A DNA stretch of 64,000 nucleotides from the human T2T-CHM13v2.0 reference genome, Homo sapiens. The stretch lies in NCBI RefSeq assembly GCF_009914755.1, contig NC_060943.1. The stretch is one strand, 5' to 3'. The notes below the pieces were generated by a model that saw only the letters and a list, made by a program, of their open reading frames with translations, had not been told where the DNA came from and did not search any database. Made by a program: the position numbers and the translations under genes. Of the stretch, positions 1-12,720 are shown one piece after another (positions within the stretch are counted from its first letter, which is position 1; each line of letters starts with the position of its first letter).

Positions 1-499
1 ACGCGCTCTGTGTTATAATATTTCAGCCGTGTCGTATGATGCTGGGCTCTGTGTCAGGGTGGCAACTGCTGTCTACCTCCAACATGCATGTGAATGCTCA
101 CACGTGCACACATACATGCACATACCCACACACACACTCATACAGGTGCTACCGCCTGTGTGCGGAGGCCTGATGGCAGCGTGTCCGTTGTGGGACCCTG
201 TGGAGTGGGCTAATGGGTTTTGGGAAAGATCTTGCCAAGTTTCTAGTGCTTGTCCTCCTCTTTGAGACACATTGTGGCTGTCGAATAACAGCTCAGGCAC
301 CTGCTCTGGCAGAAGTTAGCAGAGGGTGACCATTTCTCCGTTGGTATGTCATGCCCTCTGGGAGGAGGGTGGTGGCTTCAGCATGACCCTGACAGCAAGA
401 ACCTTGTGGGCGGTGCTGTCTTCAGCAGAATCCAACTCACACTCTCTCTGGGCCCTGTCCTCTCCTACGCGGGCTTCGTGCTGGTGACTTGGGACCCGA

Positions 500-1012
500 T
501 GTTTTGAAATGTAGGTTTTATTATTATTCAGATATGGCGTGGCCAACAGGGCAGGAGACAACTGAGATTGAAGGGACAGTTTGTTACTCACAGTTCCCAA
601 GAGGAAGACATGCCATGCCACGTGGGGATCACATGGAGAAGCACCAGGATTCCTGGGAGGCAGAAGGCGAGAGGGGAGAAGAGGGACAAGAGCCTTTATC
701 ATAGCTTCCCAGGGAAAGGCAAGGCAAGGCAGGGCTGGGAGGGTTTGAATTGGCTCGTTTGAGTGGTTTCCACAGGCATGGACCATAGGGGTTGCTTCTA
801 GTTGTCTGGTTTCTGGCCATGGGCGATTAGGGCAGGAGGATAGTGGCCCCAAGTGGGGAGGCCCTGTGAGAGCCCAGTAAAGGTGGTGTGGGCGGTGTGG
901 TTTGGACTGGCTGTTTTATATATGAAAGGAGCTCCCGGGGAGTCATTTACCAACTCTAGCAGGGCAGTCTTTCTGGGGCCAGCAAGGCCCCAAGATGTCA
1001 GGGCATCAGAAC
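500..1012 (-). mobile_element. MER76-like ERVL solo LTR
   Basis: Colinear match to the recalled MER76 consensus (ggccaacag..caggagac, gtttgttactcacagttcccaagagga, gattagggcagg, cagcaaggcccc..gatgtca); reversed polyA-signal region agcctttat. Confidence 0.7.
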
Positions 1013-1149
1013 CTTTTGGTGAACACACCTGGGTCCTGGGCTGAGGCTGGTTTGGGAGCTGGTTCCCTGTGCCCCCTGGGTCCTGGGCCAGGGTGAGCGT
1101 GGCTGACTCTGGGCTCTCCTTACTCTTGGTGTTCTACTTGGCAGGTCTC

Positions 1150-1830
1150 ACTGCTTTGTCATGGAACACATCCCGAATATGCCTGCCTTTCCCCTGCCAC
1201 TGCTCTCTCTCCAGCTCACACCAGATCCTCGCTTACTTACACACCTGCAGCAGCCTCCCCCATGGGTCCCCCTGCCTCCTCTCTGACCCCCTCTTGTCTG
1301 CTCCTTTCGTAGCAGGCATACAGTGCAAATAGATCATGTTTTTCCTGTGCCCAAAATCTACCAGTGGCTCAGGATAAAACCCTTTCCGACTAGGTACGTG
1401 GATCCTAAAAAGCCTATCTTCATCCATTCTCCCACTCACTATCCATACCCAGGCCGCAGGGAATGTCTCAGCGCTCCTTGAATGCACCATCTCCATCCAA
1501 CCTCAGGGCCTTTGCACTTGCTGTTCACTCTTCCTGTACCGCCGTTGCCCGCATTCTCGCAGGGCTCACTCCCTTACTTTATTCCGGTCCCTTGCCAGAT
1601 GTTGCTTCCTTAGAGAGGTCTTCTCTGATTGTCACTGTCACTTCCTCCAGCTTTATTATCTTCTTAGAGATTGTTATTTGCTGGCATATTTTACTTTTGT
1701 CTTTCATTTGAATCTGGTCTCGGAAACATGAGCTCCATGCAGGTGGACACGATGTTTATCACTGGATCCCCAGAAATAGAATAGAGCCTGACTGCAGGGG
1801 TGCTGGGTGGATAATGGTTGAGTGAGTGGC
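1150..1830 (+). mobile_element. LINE-2 3' fragment
   Basis: Diagnostic cctcagggcctttgcacttgctgtt, then ttccttagagagg and a tail-like ggttgagtgagtg. Confidence 0.7.
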
Positions 1831-2547
1831 TGATTCTCCGAGAGAAAGCTCCCTGGGAGCTTTCCACACCAGGACCCCCTTCCTGTTGGAAATCTGTAGC
1901 AACAATGGGTGTGTCATTTGGGGCCATGTTCATCCCCCAGCGTTGTCTGAGAAAGAGAGAATCACTCAGTGCTTGGAGAAAACTTCCAGATCCGGTTGGA
2001 GGAGCTGCGGTTTTTTGGTAGGGTCCTTGTTGCTAGTGGAACTTGAGAATATCAAGCTCTGGGCTGGGAGGAGGTCTCAGAACCATGGGAGGGAAGTTGC
2101 CAGCACCCAGGGGGTGCACACTGGAGAAGACGCTCTGTGTATCTTGGGACGCAGAGAGCCTGCTCTTGGTAGAGGGGGTTCCGAGGCGTTGCTTGGGAGC
2201 CACTGCACTCAAGTGTCATCTGTGGGGAGACTTAGTTGGGCACCCAGCTGTTTCCCCTCTGGAGCTCTAAACCATGTCCTTCCCCGGGCAGAGGGCCGAA
2301 GGAGCCGGACTGGCTTTCTCTCCAAATCCTCCTTGCCCAACTCTTTTCTGGAAGGAAAGTAGTTTCCCTGGCTCCCAATTGCCACTCACTCAGATGCCTC
2401 CGCAGACAGCCCCTGCTCCTGCTGCCAGACCTCCCAGTGACCCATCCGGGGAAGGGCCATCCTGTGTCTCCCCAGGAATACACTCCACCTCCCGCAGGAG
2501 AGAATGGAACATGGGCCAGGAGGGGAAATTGAAGCAGCCCTCGCACC

Positions 2548-2880
2548 TTTCCTCCCAACCATCCACCTCGCCTCCATCTGTCCATCTGCACTTTCATCCT
2601 TCCATCCGCCTCACCTCCATCCTTCCATCTGCACTTTCACCCTTCCATCTGCCCCTTTTCTTTCATCCTCCCTTCCACCTTCAGACCCTCTCTTTCCTCC
2701 TGCCCCCCTTACTTTTGTTTTCCCTCCCACTTCCATTTTTGCATCCATCTTCATCCTTCTCTCCTTCTCTCCTCCCTCTCTACTCTATCTTTCCTCCATC
2801 CTTCCATTCCCATCCTCCCGTCTGTTCTCCTTCCATCCTTCTGTCTTAACTTCCCTCCCCTACTCCCTCCCATCCACCTA
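2548..2880. repeat. CT-rich polypyrimidine low-complexity tract
   Basis: About 330 bp of mostly C/T with tcca/ttcc units. Confidence 0.85.
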
Positions 2881-5800
2881 GGTCCTCTGACAGAGGTGAG
2901 GGGCTGGAAGGAGAGTCTGACACCACCCTTTCCCCAAGTGCTGGACTGTCCTCTGCATGTGCCCGGGGTTTGCTGTGGCCTCAGTGATGGTGACATTCAT
3001 TGCTGCTCTCATATCCTCCAAATTGTCATGGTGTGGGGTGGAGACAGGTGTGCACTGCCCACAGGCAGGAAACTCGCTGGCCTGGAGGACCGCTCTGTGC
3101 TAAACTCAGGGCCCATCTCAGAGCCATGGTGATGCTGGGGGTACCCCGTCTCTGCTCATCTCTTGACTGGCCAATCACTCTCTCCCTCAGAGCCCATGGG
3201 TCTGAGTCGGGCAGGCTGGGCTTTTGCTCAGGGAGGGTTTCTCTGGCTCCTTCAGGGCTCCTGTGTAGGCAGCTCTGGGACGATATGGGAGGGAGGAGGG
3301 TGCCCCATCCCCTGTGGGGAGCCCTTGTGGCCTCCTGCTTTGGTGGACAGAGGGGCCCGTGCAGGGCTAGCTTGTATGTCTGCGTTCAGCGGGGCTCATT
3401 CAGTGAACATGGCTGGGCTGCTGGGTGGGTCCTGCCTTGCCTGTGGAATTCACAGGGATGGGGGTGTGTGGACTTGGGGTAGGCCCACTGTGTGTCAGGA
3501 TGGGTCAGAGCTGCCGAGGCACCTTCCACTTCCTCGCTTGGTTGGTGCCCCCCATATCTTCCTGTGCTCCCACTTCCCCTTTGAAGTCCCTCTCTCAGAA
3601 CTTTCCACTCCTGCTCTTGTCTCCCCTTCCTCAGAGAGGCCTTGGAAGTACCTCTGGCTCTAGGAAGTCTCCCTTTCTCCCTCCTCGCTCCCCAGCAGCC
3701 TGCATCCCTGCTGTACTCCAGCCAGGGTCCACCCAGGAAATGGCCATTCAGCCTTCCCTTCTTTAGCCCCTGCAAACCTTCTCACTCCCCTTTCTGGAAG
3801 TTGCGGCCACTCTGTTGCACTTCTGTGCCCCTTCCTGGCCTCCAGCCCTGTCTCCACCAGGGCCCTGCCTGCACTTGCTTAAGGGCTTGACTCAACTTTG
3901 CCCCTCTCCTGGTGCCCTGCCTTTGATGTGCTCCTTGTCCTGGCAACCGGGACCTTCACACGATGGGTGGTTTCTGTATCTGATGGGCAGACCTGCTTGG
4001 CCCCTGACCTACCCCAGAGGCCCCAGTGCACCACAGGTGCTGGAAGGGAGTCTCCAAGCCACTGAGTGAACAGGCCTCCTAAGCTCATCCATGTTGCTGG
4101 GGAGGGCTGCGTGGGAGCCTTATCTGTGCTTTAAGAGGGAAGCAGGAGCCATCAGTGTACAGCGAGTGGAATTTCAAGCACTGAAAACGCACCTGTGGAG
4201 GTTCCCTTATTTTGATGAGGTGGGGGCTACCCAACCCCCACTTAGTTCATACCATGCTTTTTGTCGCCTTTGCAATCTTCCCCTTCCCACCCCTACTCTG
4301 AGCTGCACCAAACTGGGCTCATGGACAGAGTCTCCTGGGTGGCCCCTCAGGTTGGGGTCCCTGTGGGGGACAGGGCAAGGGGAGGCCTCACGTCCAGGCT
4401 GCTTCTGGTTATGCCACTGACTGTGTTATGTCTAAATACAAGTCACTTACTTGCACCAAAAGAGCTGTTTCTTTCATTGAGGAAGACAGAATGACTCTGC
4501 TGGTGCTTCCCTTCCTCCCCACCCTGCATCACGAGAGCATCTGTGGTCAGATGGAGTCACCTTTCCCCGACCCGCAGTGACTGTAACAACATCAGACACC
4601 AGGAGCCTCCTCCTGTTTAGACTGGATCAGAAAGGCACAGATGGAACTAACTTGATTTCTTTTCCTAAGGGCCCAGTGAGGCTGTACTCGTCAGCTGCCC
4701 TACTGGCGTGTTGGGCTAACCTTGCCCACGCAGGTCAGACACCCTTGCATAAGCCCACTAATCTGTTGGAAGAGCACAGCCTCCAATGTAGCCACGAGGC
4801 TTGTGCTGGGCCCTTTCATGATTTAGAGCATAGAACCTGAGGGGTTTGTGCCCATCACTGCCCCGGTGCCAACGCAGGAGACGGTGTTCTGATCAATGGC
4901 GTGAAGCTGGACAAACCGGTGTGGGACTTCCCCTGATGAAGACTCTCTGTGTTCTCCTGTCATTGGAATTTACAGGGCCTCTAAGTGAATGGCCCCTGGA
5001 GAATAGTCCTAGAATTTTGCAAGTCATGAGCTTAGATATAAAATCTGAGTGTGTCTCCCATCTCCTGCAACCCCCTCCCTAAACATAAGGAGGTCGTAGA
5101 GCAAAGCAAATAAGTGTTTTCAGAGCCGGCTGGGTGCTGGGGACCTGTTTAGCTCAGCGATAGGACAGAACTTTGGAAAGTGTAGCATTGGGCATTTGTT
5201 CCTCACTCCTTAGATTTTGAGTGACACGGGGAAAAAAACAAAAAAAAATGCAAAAGATCATCTGGTTCAGGGAAGAGAGAGAGACAGACAGACAGACACT
5301 GAGATGTAATTTCTTTCCGTGTTGGAGATGGTTGAGACATCAGGTTTTGCTTTATGTCTCAAGATAGGCAGGTAGAAATGTGTTTACAGACAGCAGCTTC
5401 CCTGTGGCACCCTGAGAAAACACTTTTCGAGCATGCAGTCAGCAAACACATTTTTGGTTGCCAGAAATCAGCCTTGGAGTTGAATGAAGTGTTGCAAGCC
5501 AGTGGTTCAATCAGTACAAACTTCTTCGGCTGGGGCTGCCACCAGTCCTACAAATGTATCTTCTGGTTTTCCATGGGCAGAATCAGATTTTCTGAATCCA
5601 TAGCGAAATTCTACCTCTGTGATCAGAATTTACAACTTCACTTTCAGTAAAATATAATTTATTAAGGGAACTTATGTTTGCCCCATAACATCCCTTCCGT
5701 GACATGGCAAAACAAATGAGAATCCAAATTGCACTGGGTGAGGAGTGGGCTGGAGATCACAGGCTGGGGGCTGGCCTTCCTTGATTACCCCCTAGCCAGC

Positions 5801-6167
5801 AGCTCTGCATCCATCATAGATGAACATCCCAGCTTTCCTTCTTGTCCTTTATCACCTCTGAGCATGCCGTAGGAGGTGAGATCACCCATGTGGGACTTAC
5901 ATCAGTGATAAAACAGAATGAAGAAGTAGAAAATCTCACTGGCTGCTGCTTTCCTGGTCTGGGTTCGGGAGAGAGGACGTTGATGCCAAACACAACATCT
6001 CTAAGCCTCAGTCAGTTGCAGATTCCCATTCTGTATCCACTGGCTACCAAACAGGTTTGGCCAGTTGAAATTTGGGTGGAATTTTGGTCTACTGTAGAGG
6101 GCTCCATAAATCAATCAGGGAAAAAGCAAGGACCCTTGGGTACTTCTTCACTTTGAGAATTCTAAAG

Positions 6168-6222
6168 AAGAGAGACAGCGAGAGAGAAAGAGAGAGAGAG
6201 GGAGAGAGAGAGAGAGAGAGAG
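6168..6222. repeat. (GA)n microsatellite, interrupted
   Basis: Read directly from sequence. Confidence 0.95.
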
Positions 6223-7269
6223 CCCTTATAATATTAGCTCCTATTTCTTCTGTCCCATATAGAGAAGATAAGAGATGGTTAGAAGTTCTTTTTGTGCAGG
6301 TGGCGATTTCCCACTGAAAACAAGCTGAGGAAATTTGGTTCATTGCAGCAAAGGTCACATAGTTCCCATTTTTTAAATTGCTCAAAGAATTGGGGGCAGT
6401 GGGGCTATTCAAGTTTTTTAGGCTCTCAACTAACCCAGCAAATTGTTACTTTGGATGAATGCTGTTTATGTGACTTACTGAAGTCGACTTATGTGACATT
6501 TACAGTTTCTAACAGGTCTTATTTTTGCAGTTCCTGACCACCACGGCTTTAAGAATATCCTTCAACCGGGAGGGAGATCCATTGCTTTAAGACTTGCCTG
6601 GTAAGGACCATCGATTTGTAGTTTGTTGAACTGGTGTCTGTCTGAGTTTGTGGGGAAGTCCAGGCTGCCTTCTCTGGGCTGCTGATCCCTATGCAGAGCT
6701 ATGGAGAAACTTCCAGAGTCACAGGTGTCTGGGAGGTAGCATGGGTTCCATATCTTGTGGGCGGGGTGAACTACAATGTGGAGACATGTTCTTGAGTCTC
6801 TGAACAGGTTCCCCCATGAGGCAAAGCCCAACAAGGGTGACTTCTTTCTCTCTTGCGTGACACCCTGAGTCCCTATCTGCCAGCCAGCAGCCTGGAACCA
6901 GGGCTGAGAGCTGGTGGGGCTTTTGCTAAAGGCCGAGTGACCTCGTCCAAGTGCCACCTGTGGTCGGGCTCCCCATCACTCACCAGGTGACTCAGTGGCT
7001 TGGCCCAGTCTTGGACAAATCCTGTCCCAAAGCTGCTCCGTGTTTGTCACCTCAATCAGACTCCAGATTGCAAACTCCTGACGGGGTGTATTTCCGGCAT
7101 GGGAGCTGATACAAACTTAAAATACAAAACAAAGGGTGACATATGTATTTGATATCTTTGGTGGCCTCATCTGAGGCTGCCCCTGATATCTCTGTTAACT
7201 CACCCTCGGTTGTAATTAGCCCAGCCCACCTTCTCCTGACCACACGTCTCAGAGGTCACTACATAAACC

Positions 7270-7760
7270 AGGGAAATTGATAGCAGAATTATGCACTCAG
7301 AAATTAATTTTATGTTGTACTGAATATATATTTTTTTTTATTGTGACTTTATCTTGCTGGAAAAGTGCTTACTTCTGATTTTGTGGATATTCCTGACCGT
7401 GGATTACTTTTATTTTGATTTTTACACAACAGTTATATTAGAAATTTGCTGTTTTATTCTTACCTTCTTAGTAAAAATCCTTTTATCACACAATGGGTAA
7501 TTTATATCCATTACCAAGCCTTTCAATCCTTTTCAGTGGGGCTGTCAGTGCCGTTGGCACAGTAATGATTAATGTGATCTAATAATAGTGTACCATTATA
7601 TTACCTTAGTAAAACATGTACCAACACCCTATTCCGATCTACCAAATTCATAGCTTCCTATAATATTTTTGTTGAAAGACAGGATTACTATTTTTCAAAG
7701 CTGATTTTTTCCCCTTTAACATATTTAATGAAATTCACAATTCTTTGCCTTAGTAATCCT
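7270..7760. promoter_or_regulatory. AT-rich, repeat-free candidate enhancer (MEIS + PBX-HOX motifs)
   Basis: CTGTCA 7542-7547 and TGATTAAT 7566-7573; no recognisable repeat; conservation not verified. Confidence 0.35.
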
Positions 7761-8147
7761 GGGCATGTGACTGGGCTTGATGGGTGAACTCCACATCTGT
7801 AGGCCCTGTTGTGATTTGTCAGGAGAAAGGTCCAACCATCCCAGTGATCTGTCAGAGAGATTATTTTGTTTTTGTTGGGCCTGGATTGTTTTGCCTTAAA
7901 AAAGAAGAAAAAAAATTGTTGGGTTTCCAGTCCTTTCTGATGCATAATAAGGAAGGTGTGTTTTAGATTGAAAGGCAAAGTAGGAAGCAATTTGGTTTTT
8001 TCCTCCCCTCTGTCACCTGCTTCTGTCTGCCAGTGAATCGGAGGTATAGCCGAGCCAGTGGAAGTGGCTTTAAACCGCTTCCCCAGAAATGCCCCTCTCT
8101 GACCCATCCACTCCTCTAGCTGTGGCCAAGCCTCTCTGGGTCTGACA

Positions 8148-8365
8148 TAGGGTCTTTCACATTTGGCATTATTGAAATTTTGGACTGGATAGCGATTGGT
8201 TGCGGGGCCCTCCCGTGCACTGCAGAATGTTTGCAACATCCCTGGTCTCTGCCCACTAGATGCTGATAGCATGCCTCCACCAACACTTCCTCCATTGTGA
8301 CAATCAAAATAACTCCAGAAATCACCATATGTCCCCTGGGGGGCCCAATCATCTCTTGTTGGTCT
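8148..8365 (-). mobile_element. MER20 (hAT-Charlie MITE)
   Basis: catccctggtctctgcccactagatgc, tgtgacaatcaaaa and atgtcccctggggggc match the MER20 reverse complement. Confidence 0.85.
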
Positions 8366-8594
8366 AACCTATAGGAAAACGAGCAGATATTTTTGGCATG
8401 TCGGGGAATTCCTGTCAGAGTTCCAGAGTTCCATGGTGCTTTTTCGGAAGTCTTTGGCTTTGGGAGAGAAGATGTGTGGGTGAAGACGACGCAGGGCATC
8501 CTTTCCTTGGCTGAAATACAGCCCTCTTCCTCCTCTCTCCCTCCTCCTCTGCCATGAGCCTGGCCCGAGCGAGGGCCTGAATCTTAGTGTCTTC

Positions 8595-8790
8595 CACTTA
8601 AATCCCATTATAATCACGCTCATGATTGATAACATTCCACCTTTTCAAAGGGCTTTAAAATCTGTGTCAACCAAGGATGACATTATTGTAGTGCGGGCGA
8701 GATGTATTCAAACAATTACACGCTCAAATCAAAGTGGGAAGTTTTGTCCTTCTATCTCGGCGCCTTTGTGTGATGTGGCTTCAGCCAGCA
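8595..8790. promoter_or_regulatory. Candidate developmental enhancer (PBX-HOX, TCF, SOX, RBPJ motifs)
   Basis: TGATTGAT 8623-8630, TTCAAAG 8644-8650, AACAAT 8711-8716, ATCAAAG 8728-8734, GTGGGAA 8734-8740; several retained CpGs. Confidence 0.45.
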
Positions 8791-8944
8791 CCACAGTCCT
8801 CACAGCCCCAGAGACCTTCAACAGAAAAATAAATGGGAAGAAACAGGTTTTGCCCTTGGTACCATTCAGCTTGGAAGGCAGCTTGAGTATTTGGGCTCCT
8901 TAGGGCTAGAGGGTGGGGGAGCAAGGAGAGATTGTTGAGCATAG

Positions 8945-9084
8945 GAGAGAGAGAGAGACAGACAGAGAAAGAGAGACAGAGACAGAGACAGAGAGAGAGA
9001 GAGAGAAAGAGAGAGACCGAGAGAGACAGAAAGACAGACAGAGAGAGAAAGAGAGAGAGAAGGAGAGAGACAGAGAGAGAGAGA
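8945..9084. repeat. (GA)/(GACA) compound microsatellite
   Basis: Read directly from sequence. Confidence 0.95.
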
Positions 9085-9499
9085 AATCCTTGTTTTTGAT
9101 TTGGAACAAAAACTACTGCTGCAACTTTGGCTCGAAATATGCAATCAACTGAAATCAGGAAAAGTATTTTGAATACAAAATTTATATTGAAATACTTGAA
9201 TCTTGATACGTGTGCACCCACATACATGTATATATTTAAATCAAGGATATAGATAATGAGGAATAAAGCTTCTGTCATAAAAATATTGCCTGCAGTATTT
9301 GCCCTTAGATAATTCTGCCACATTGGAATACAGTTTTGTACTGTTAACATTTCCATATGAGACACTCTTGCTTGTTTTTACAACTGATCCTTGATGATAA
9401 CAGCAAATGAGGAAATGGCTCTGATTTACCTTTGTGTTAGGAAGATTTGGAATCCATCGTGTTATTTGGTGCAGGAAGCATTTTAGTGACCTACTCCTT

Positions 9500-9645
9500 T
9501 ACTGGTTTCTGGTCTGTCTCTCCTACTGCGACGTAAGAGTGGTGAGGGTAGGGGCTTATGTGTTTTGTTCCTTGTGATTTCCTCAGTTCCTGAAATGGTG
9601 CCTGATGCACAATAGCTTCTCAATAAAGCTTTGGTGACTAGATGG
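9500..9645 (+). mobile_element. LINE-2 3' end running into the GGAT array
   Basis: ggtagggg..tgttttgttc..gtgcctgatgcacaatag..tcaataaa resembles an L2 terminus. Confidence 0.55.
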
Positions 9646-10316
9646 ATGGATGGGAGGATGGATACATAGATGGGTGGATGGATGGATAGATGGGTGGAGG
9701 GGTGGGTGGGTAGGGTGATGGATGGATGGATTGATGAATGGATGGCTGGATGGATGAGTGGACGGATGAATAGATGAGTGGATGGGTGGGTGGGTAGGTG
9801 GGTAGATGGATGGGTGGATGGGTGGGTGAATGGATGGATGCATAAATAAATGGATAAATGAATGGATGGATGGATAGATGAATAGACGGATGGATGGGTG
9901 GATAAATGGGTGGATTGATGGAGGATGGATAGATGGATAGATGGGTGGATGGATGAATAGATGGGTGGGTGGATGGATAGATGGGTGGTTGGATGGGTGG
10001 GTGGATGGGTAGATAGATGAATGGGTATATGGATGGATGGATGGATGGATAGATGGATGGATGGGTGGATGGATGGGTGGGTGGATGGATGGGTGGGTGG
10101 ATGGATGGGTGGGTGGATGGATGGGTGGGTGGATGGATGGATGGATGGATGGATGGATGGATGGATGAGTGGATGGATGGGTGGGTGGGTGGCTGGATGG
10201 GTGGGTGGATGGATGGATGGATTGATGGATGGGTGGATGGGTTGATGGGTGGATGGGAGGATGGATGGATGGTGGATGGATGGATGGATGAATGGATGAG
10301 TGGGTGGATGGATGGG
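9641..10316. repeat. (GGAT)/(GGGT)n tetranucleotide array, about 675 bp
   Basis: Read directly; explains the HPSI/MDGW repeat ORFs. Confidence 0.97.
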
Positions 10317-11059
10317 TCTCTATCTCAAGCCCTAACATGTACCTTAGAATATTGGGCTCATTGATCCAAATGAAATCTCACTTTTACCATCTATTCATTC
10401 ATTGGCCTCCCAAACATTTTTTGAAACCTTTATTTTCAAAATCTAATGATCAGTTATAACAAGGCATTTTCTTTTAGTCTAGTGTTTTAAAATGGAAAAA
10501 CTATGTCTAGAACTGTGCTAGGCAACCTCTGTGAACTGAAAACCACCCTGTTATAAAAATGTCTTTAAAAATCCACAAGGGCACATACACAGATGACTGG
10601 GACTGAAGGCGTGGAGGTCACGTAGGCGAAGATGATCTCTTTCAAAGTAGGATGTGGATGAGGGATTTATGAGGCTGAAAGGACTTCCTGCCCACGTGAC
10701 TGGATGTCCGTCTCCTGGGCAAACCTCTGCAATCTGCACTATATTCCATGTTCTTCTGGAGATTTTTGTGTGTCCTCTTCAGCCCTGCCATGACTTGGTC
10801 TCTGTGGGACTTGCCACTGCTCAGTCCTATTAGGTCAGCTGTCTTGAGGGGATAGGCTGAGGCTCTGGGGAGTGGGGTTCCCAAGTTCTGGCATGGTGTA
10901 TGCAATGTACCCATCTATTGGAAAACTTATTCTCAGTGATAAGAGTGGTCCAAGTTACCTCACCTTGACTTTTAAACTATAGTACCATGGACATCATAGC
11001 AGTACCAGTGAGAATGTACTGAAGAAAAAAGATAAATGACCTCTCTGTCTGACAATGCA

Positions 11060-11280
11060 TAGCAAAGGTATAGGCTTTGGAAGCAGATTTCCTGGGTTGG
11101 AACCCTGGCTCCACCATTCAGTAGCTGTCTGACCCAGTGTCAAGGAACTTGCACCTCAGTTTTCTCATCTGTAAATTGGGAACAACATGACAGTCTGGTA
11201 GATTACACTGTGTGATGCACTTAAAACACTGCCTGGTTCAAAGTAGGCATTTAGTACAAGCATGGCACCGTTGTTATTTT
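11060..11280 (+). mobile_element. MIR SINE
   Basis: Core cctcagttttctcatctgtaaattggg with the upstream tRNA-derived part. Confidence 0.75.
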
Positions 11281-12244
11281 CATTTCCTCTATTCCATCAT
11301 CCTTCCCCCTTTCTCCATCTTTATTCAAGATTAATGAAAATGTAGGCCATTTTCAGATAATTAGGCTTTTCCTCTCAGTCTCATACCAGTGCTAGGAACC
11401 CCAAGATGTTGCTAGGCATGTGGTCTTTCCAGCATCCCTTGGGACCTTGGTTAGCAAGTTCAGAGAATGTCAGAAAGGGTGGTGAGTTTCCTAAGCCAAC
11501 TTCTCCATCCCATTCCTTTGTGAAGGAGCATTGTTGACACATCACTGGGGGCTTGGGATTTGCTTGGTGTTTGGAGAACGCATTCTGAGATGGATGCCAC
11601 GTGGTCATGGTGGGTGGGTGGGGACAGCCAGCCCTTAAAAGGGAGGGGAGGCCTGTGGTTTTTCTCCTCCACCCCCTCACAAATGAGACTGTTTTCCACC
11701 ATGGCCCGGTTTTATATTTTTAGCTTCCACTGAAATTTAATGTTTTGCTTTTGGTTTATTATGTATGCAAGTATCTTGCTGATAAATTACATGTGTAATT
11801 GTACCATCGTAACCACTGCTAGTCAGCGACAACATATAATTAAACTCACCCTTGTAGTCATTGAACTTTTCTGTCCCTGACAAGATCACTGACCACTCCA
11901 AGGAGGGCATACCTCCACGTATGAGCCATGCGAGTGCCTGAGAGGCCGGACCACCCCGGGGGCCCCCGTGCTTTCCTGCACATGTGCACAGGCCGACTTC
12001 CCCTGGATGGCCACACATGGGATGCAAGGGTTAGCTCATGAGGCCCAGGGGTGCTTCTCTCTTTATTTCTGTGTCTATGCCTGGATGATTATTGGCTCCA
12101 GAGTGGGTGCCTGGTAAATACTTTTGTGAGTGAATTGGAATTTTCTTCAGTCGCCTCTGAGCCCTCTTTTCTCATATGACCCCCAATGCCTATCCCGCTC
12201 ATTTTTTAGGGGTGTTTGTTACGTTGCTCTTATGCCTCTATGCC

Positions 12245-12290
12245 AAGGCTACAGCCTGTGAGTCACATCCAGCACACTGCCTGTGTGTGT
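12245..12290 (+). mobile_element. MER58B 5' end, split from its body by an L1MB insertion
   Basis: ctacagcctgtgagtcacatccagcacactgcctgt resembles consensus ctacggcccgcgggccaaatccggcccgccgcctgt. Confidence 0.55.
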
Positions 12291-12299
12291 TGGGTTTTT

Positions 12300-12720
12300 T
12301 GTTTTACATTTAAAAATTTAAAATAATTGCGATAAAATACACATAATATAAAACTTACTATCTTGACCATTTTAAAGTTTAGAGTTCAGTGGCATTAAAT
12401 AGTTACATCACTGTGCAACTGTCACCACCTCCCATCTCTAGAACGTTTTGAAACGGAAACTCTATACCCATTAAATAACTCCCCATTCTCCCTACCCATT
12501 CCAGGTCGTGGCATCCACTATGCACCTGTCTGTCTCTGTGAATTTGACTACTCTAGGTACTTTATATAATGGAACCATATAGTATTTAACATTTTATGAC
12601 TGGCTTATTTTGTTTAGTCGAATGTCCTCAAGGTTCATCCATATTGTGGCCTGTGACAGAATTACCTTCCCTTTTAAAGCTGAAAAAGATTCTGCTATAC
12701 AGTATGTATATACCACATTT
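12300..12720 (-). mobile_element. L1MB-type 3' UTR, segment 1
   Basis: gttcagtggcattaaat, aaactctatacccattaaa, gaatttgactactctaggtac, tcaaggttcatccat. Confidence 0.85.

Noticed and set aside
8781-9365. 194-aa SL-rich ORF and overlapping ER-rich ORF
   Set aside because: Produced by the GA microsatellite
9583-10364. 251-aa HPSI-rich and MDGW-rich ORFs
   Set aside because: Translations of the (GGAT)n array
11379-11481. Possible 103-nt exon (cctctcag ... GTG/GTGAGT)
   Set aside because: Short pyrimidine tract, nearby upstream AGs and no other support; likely a pseudo-exon
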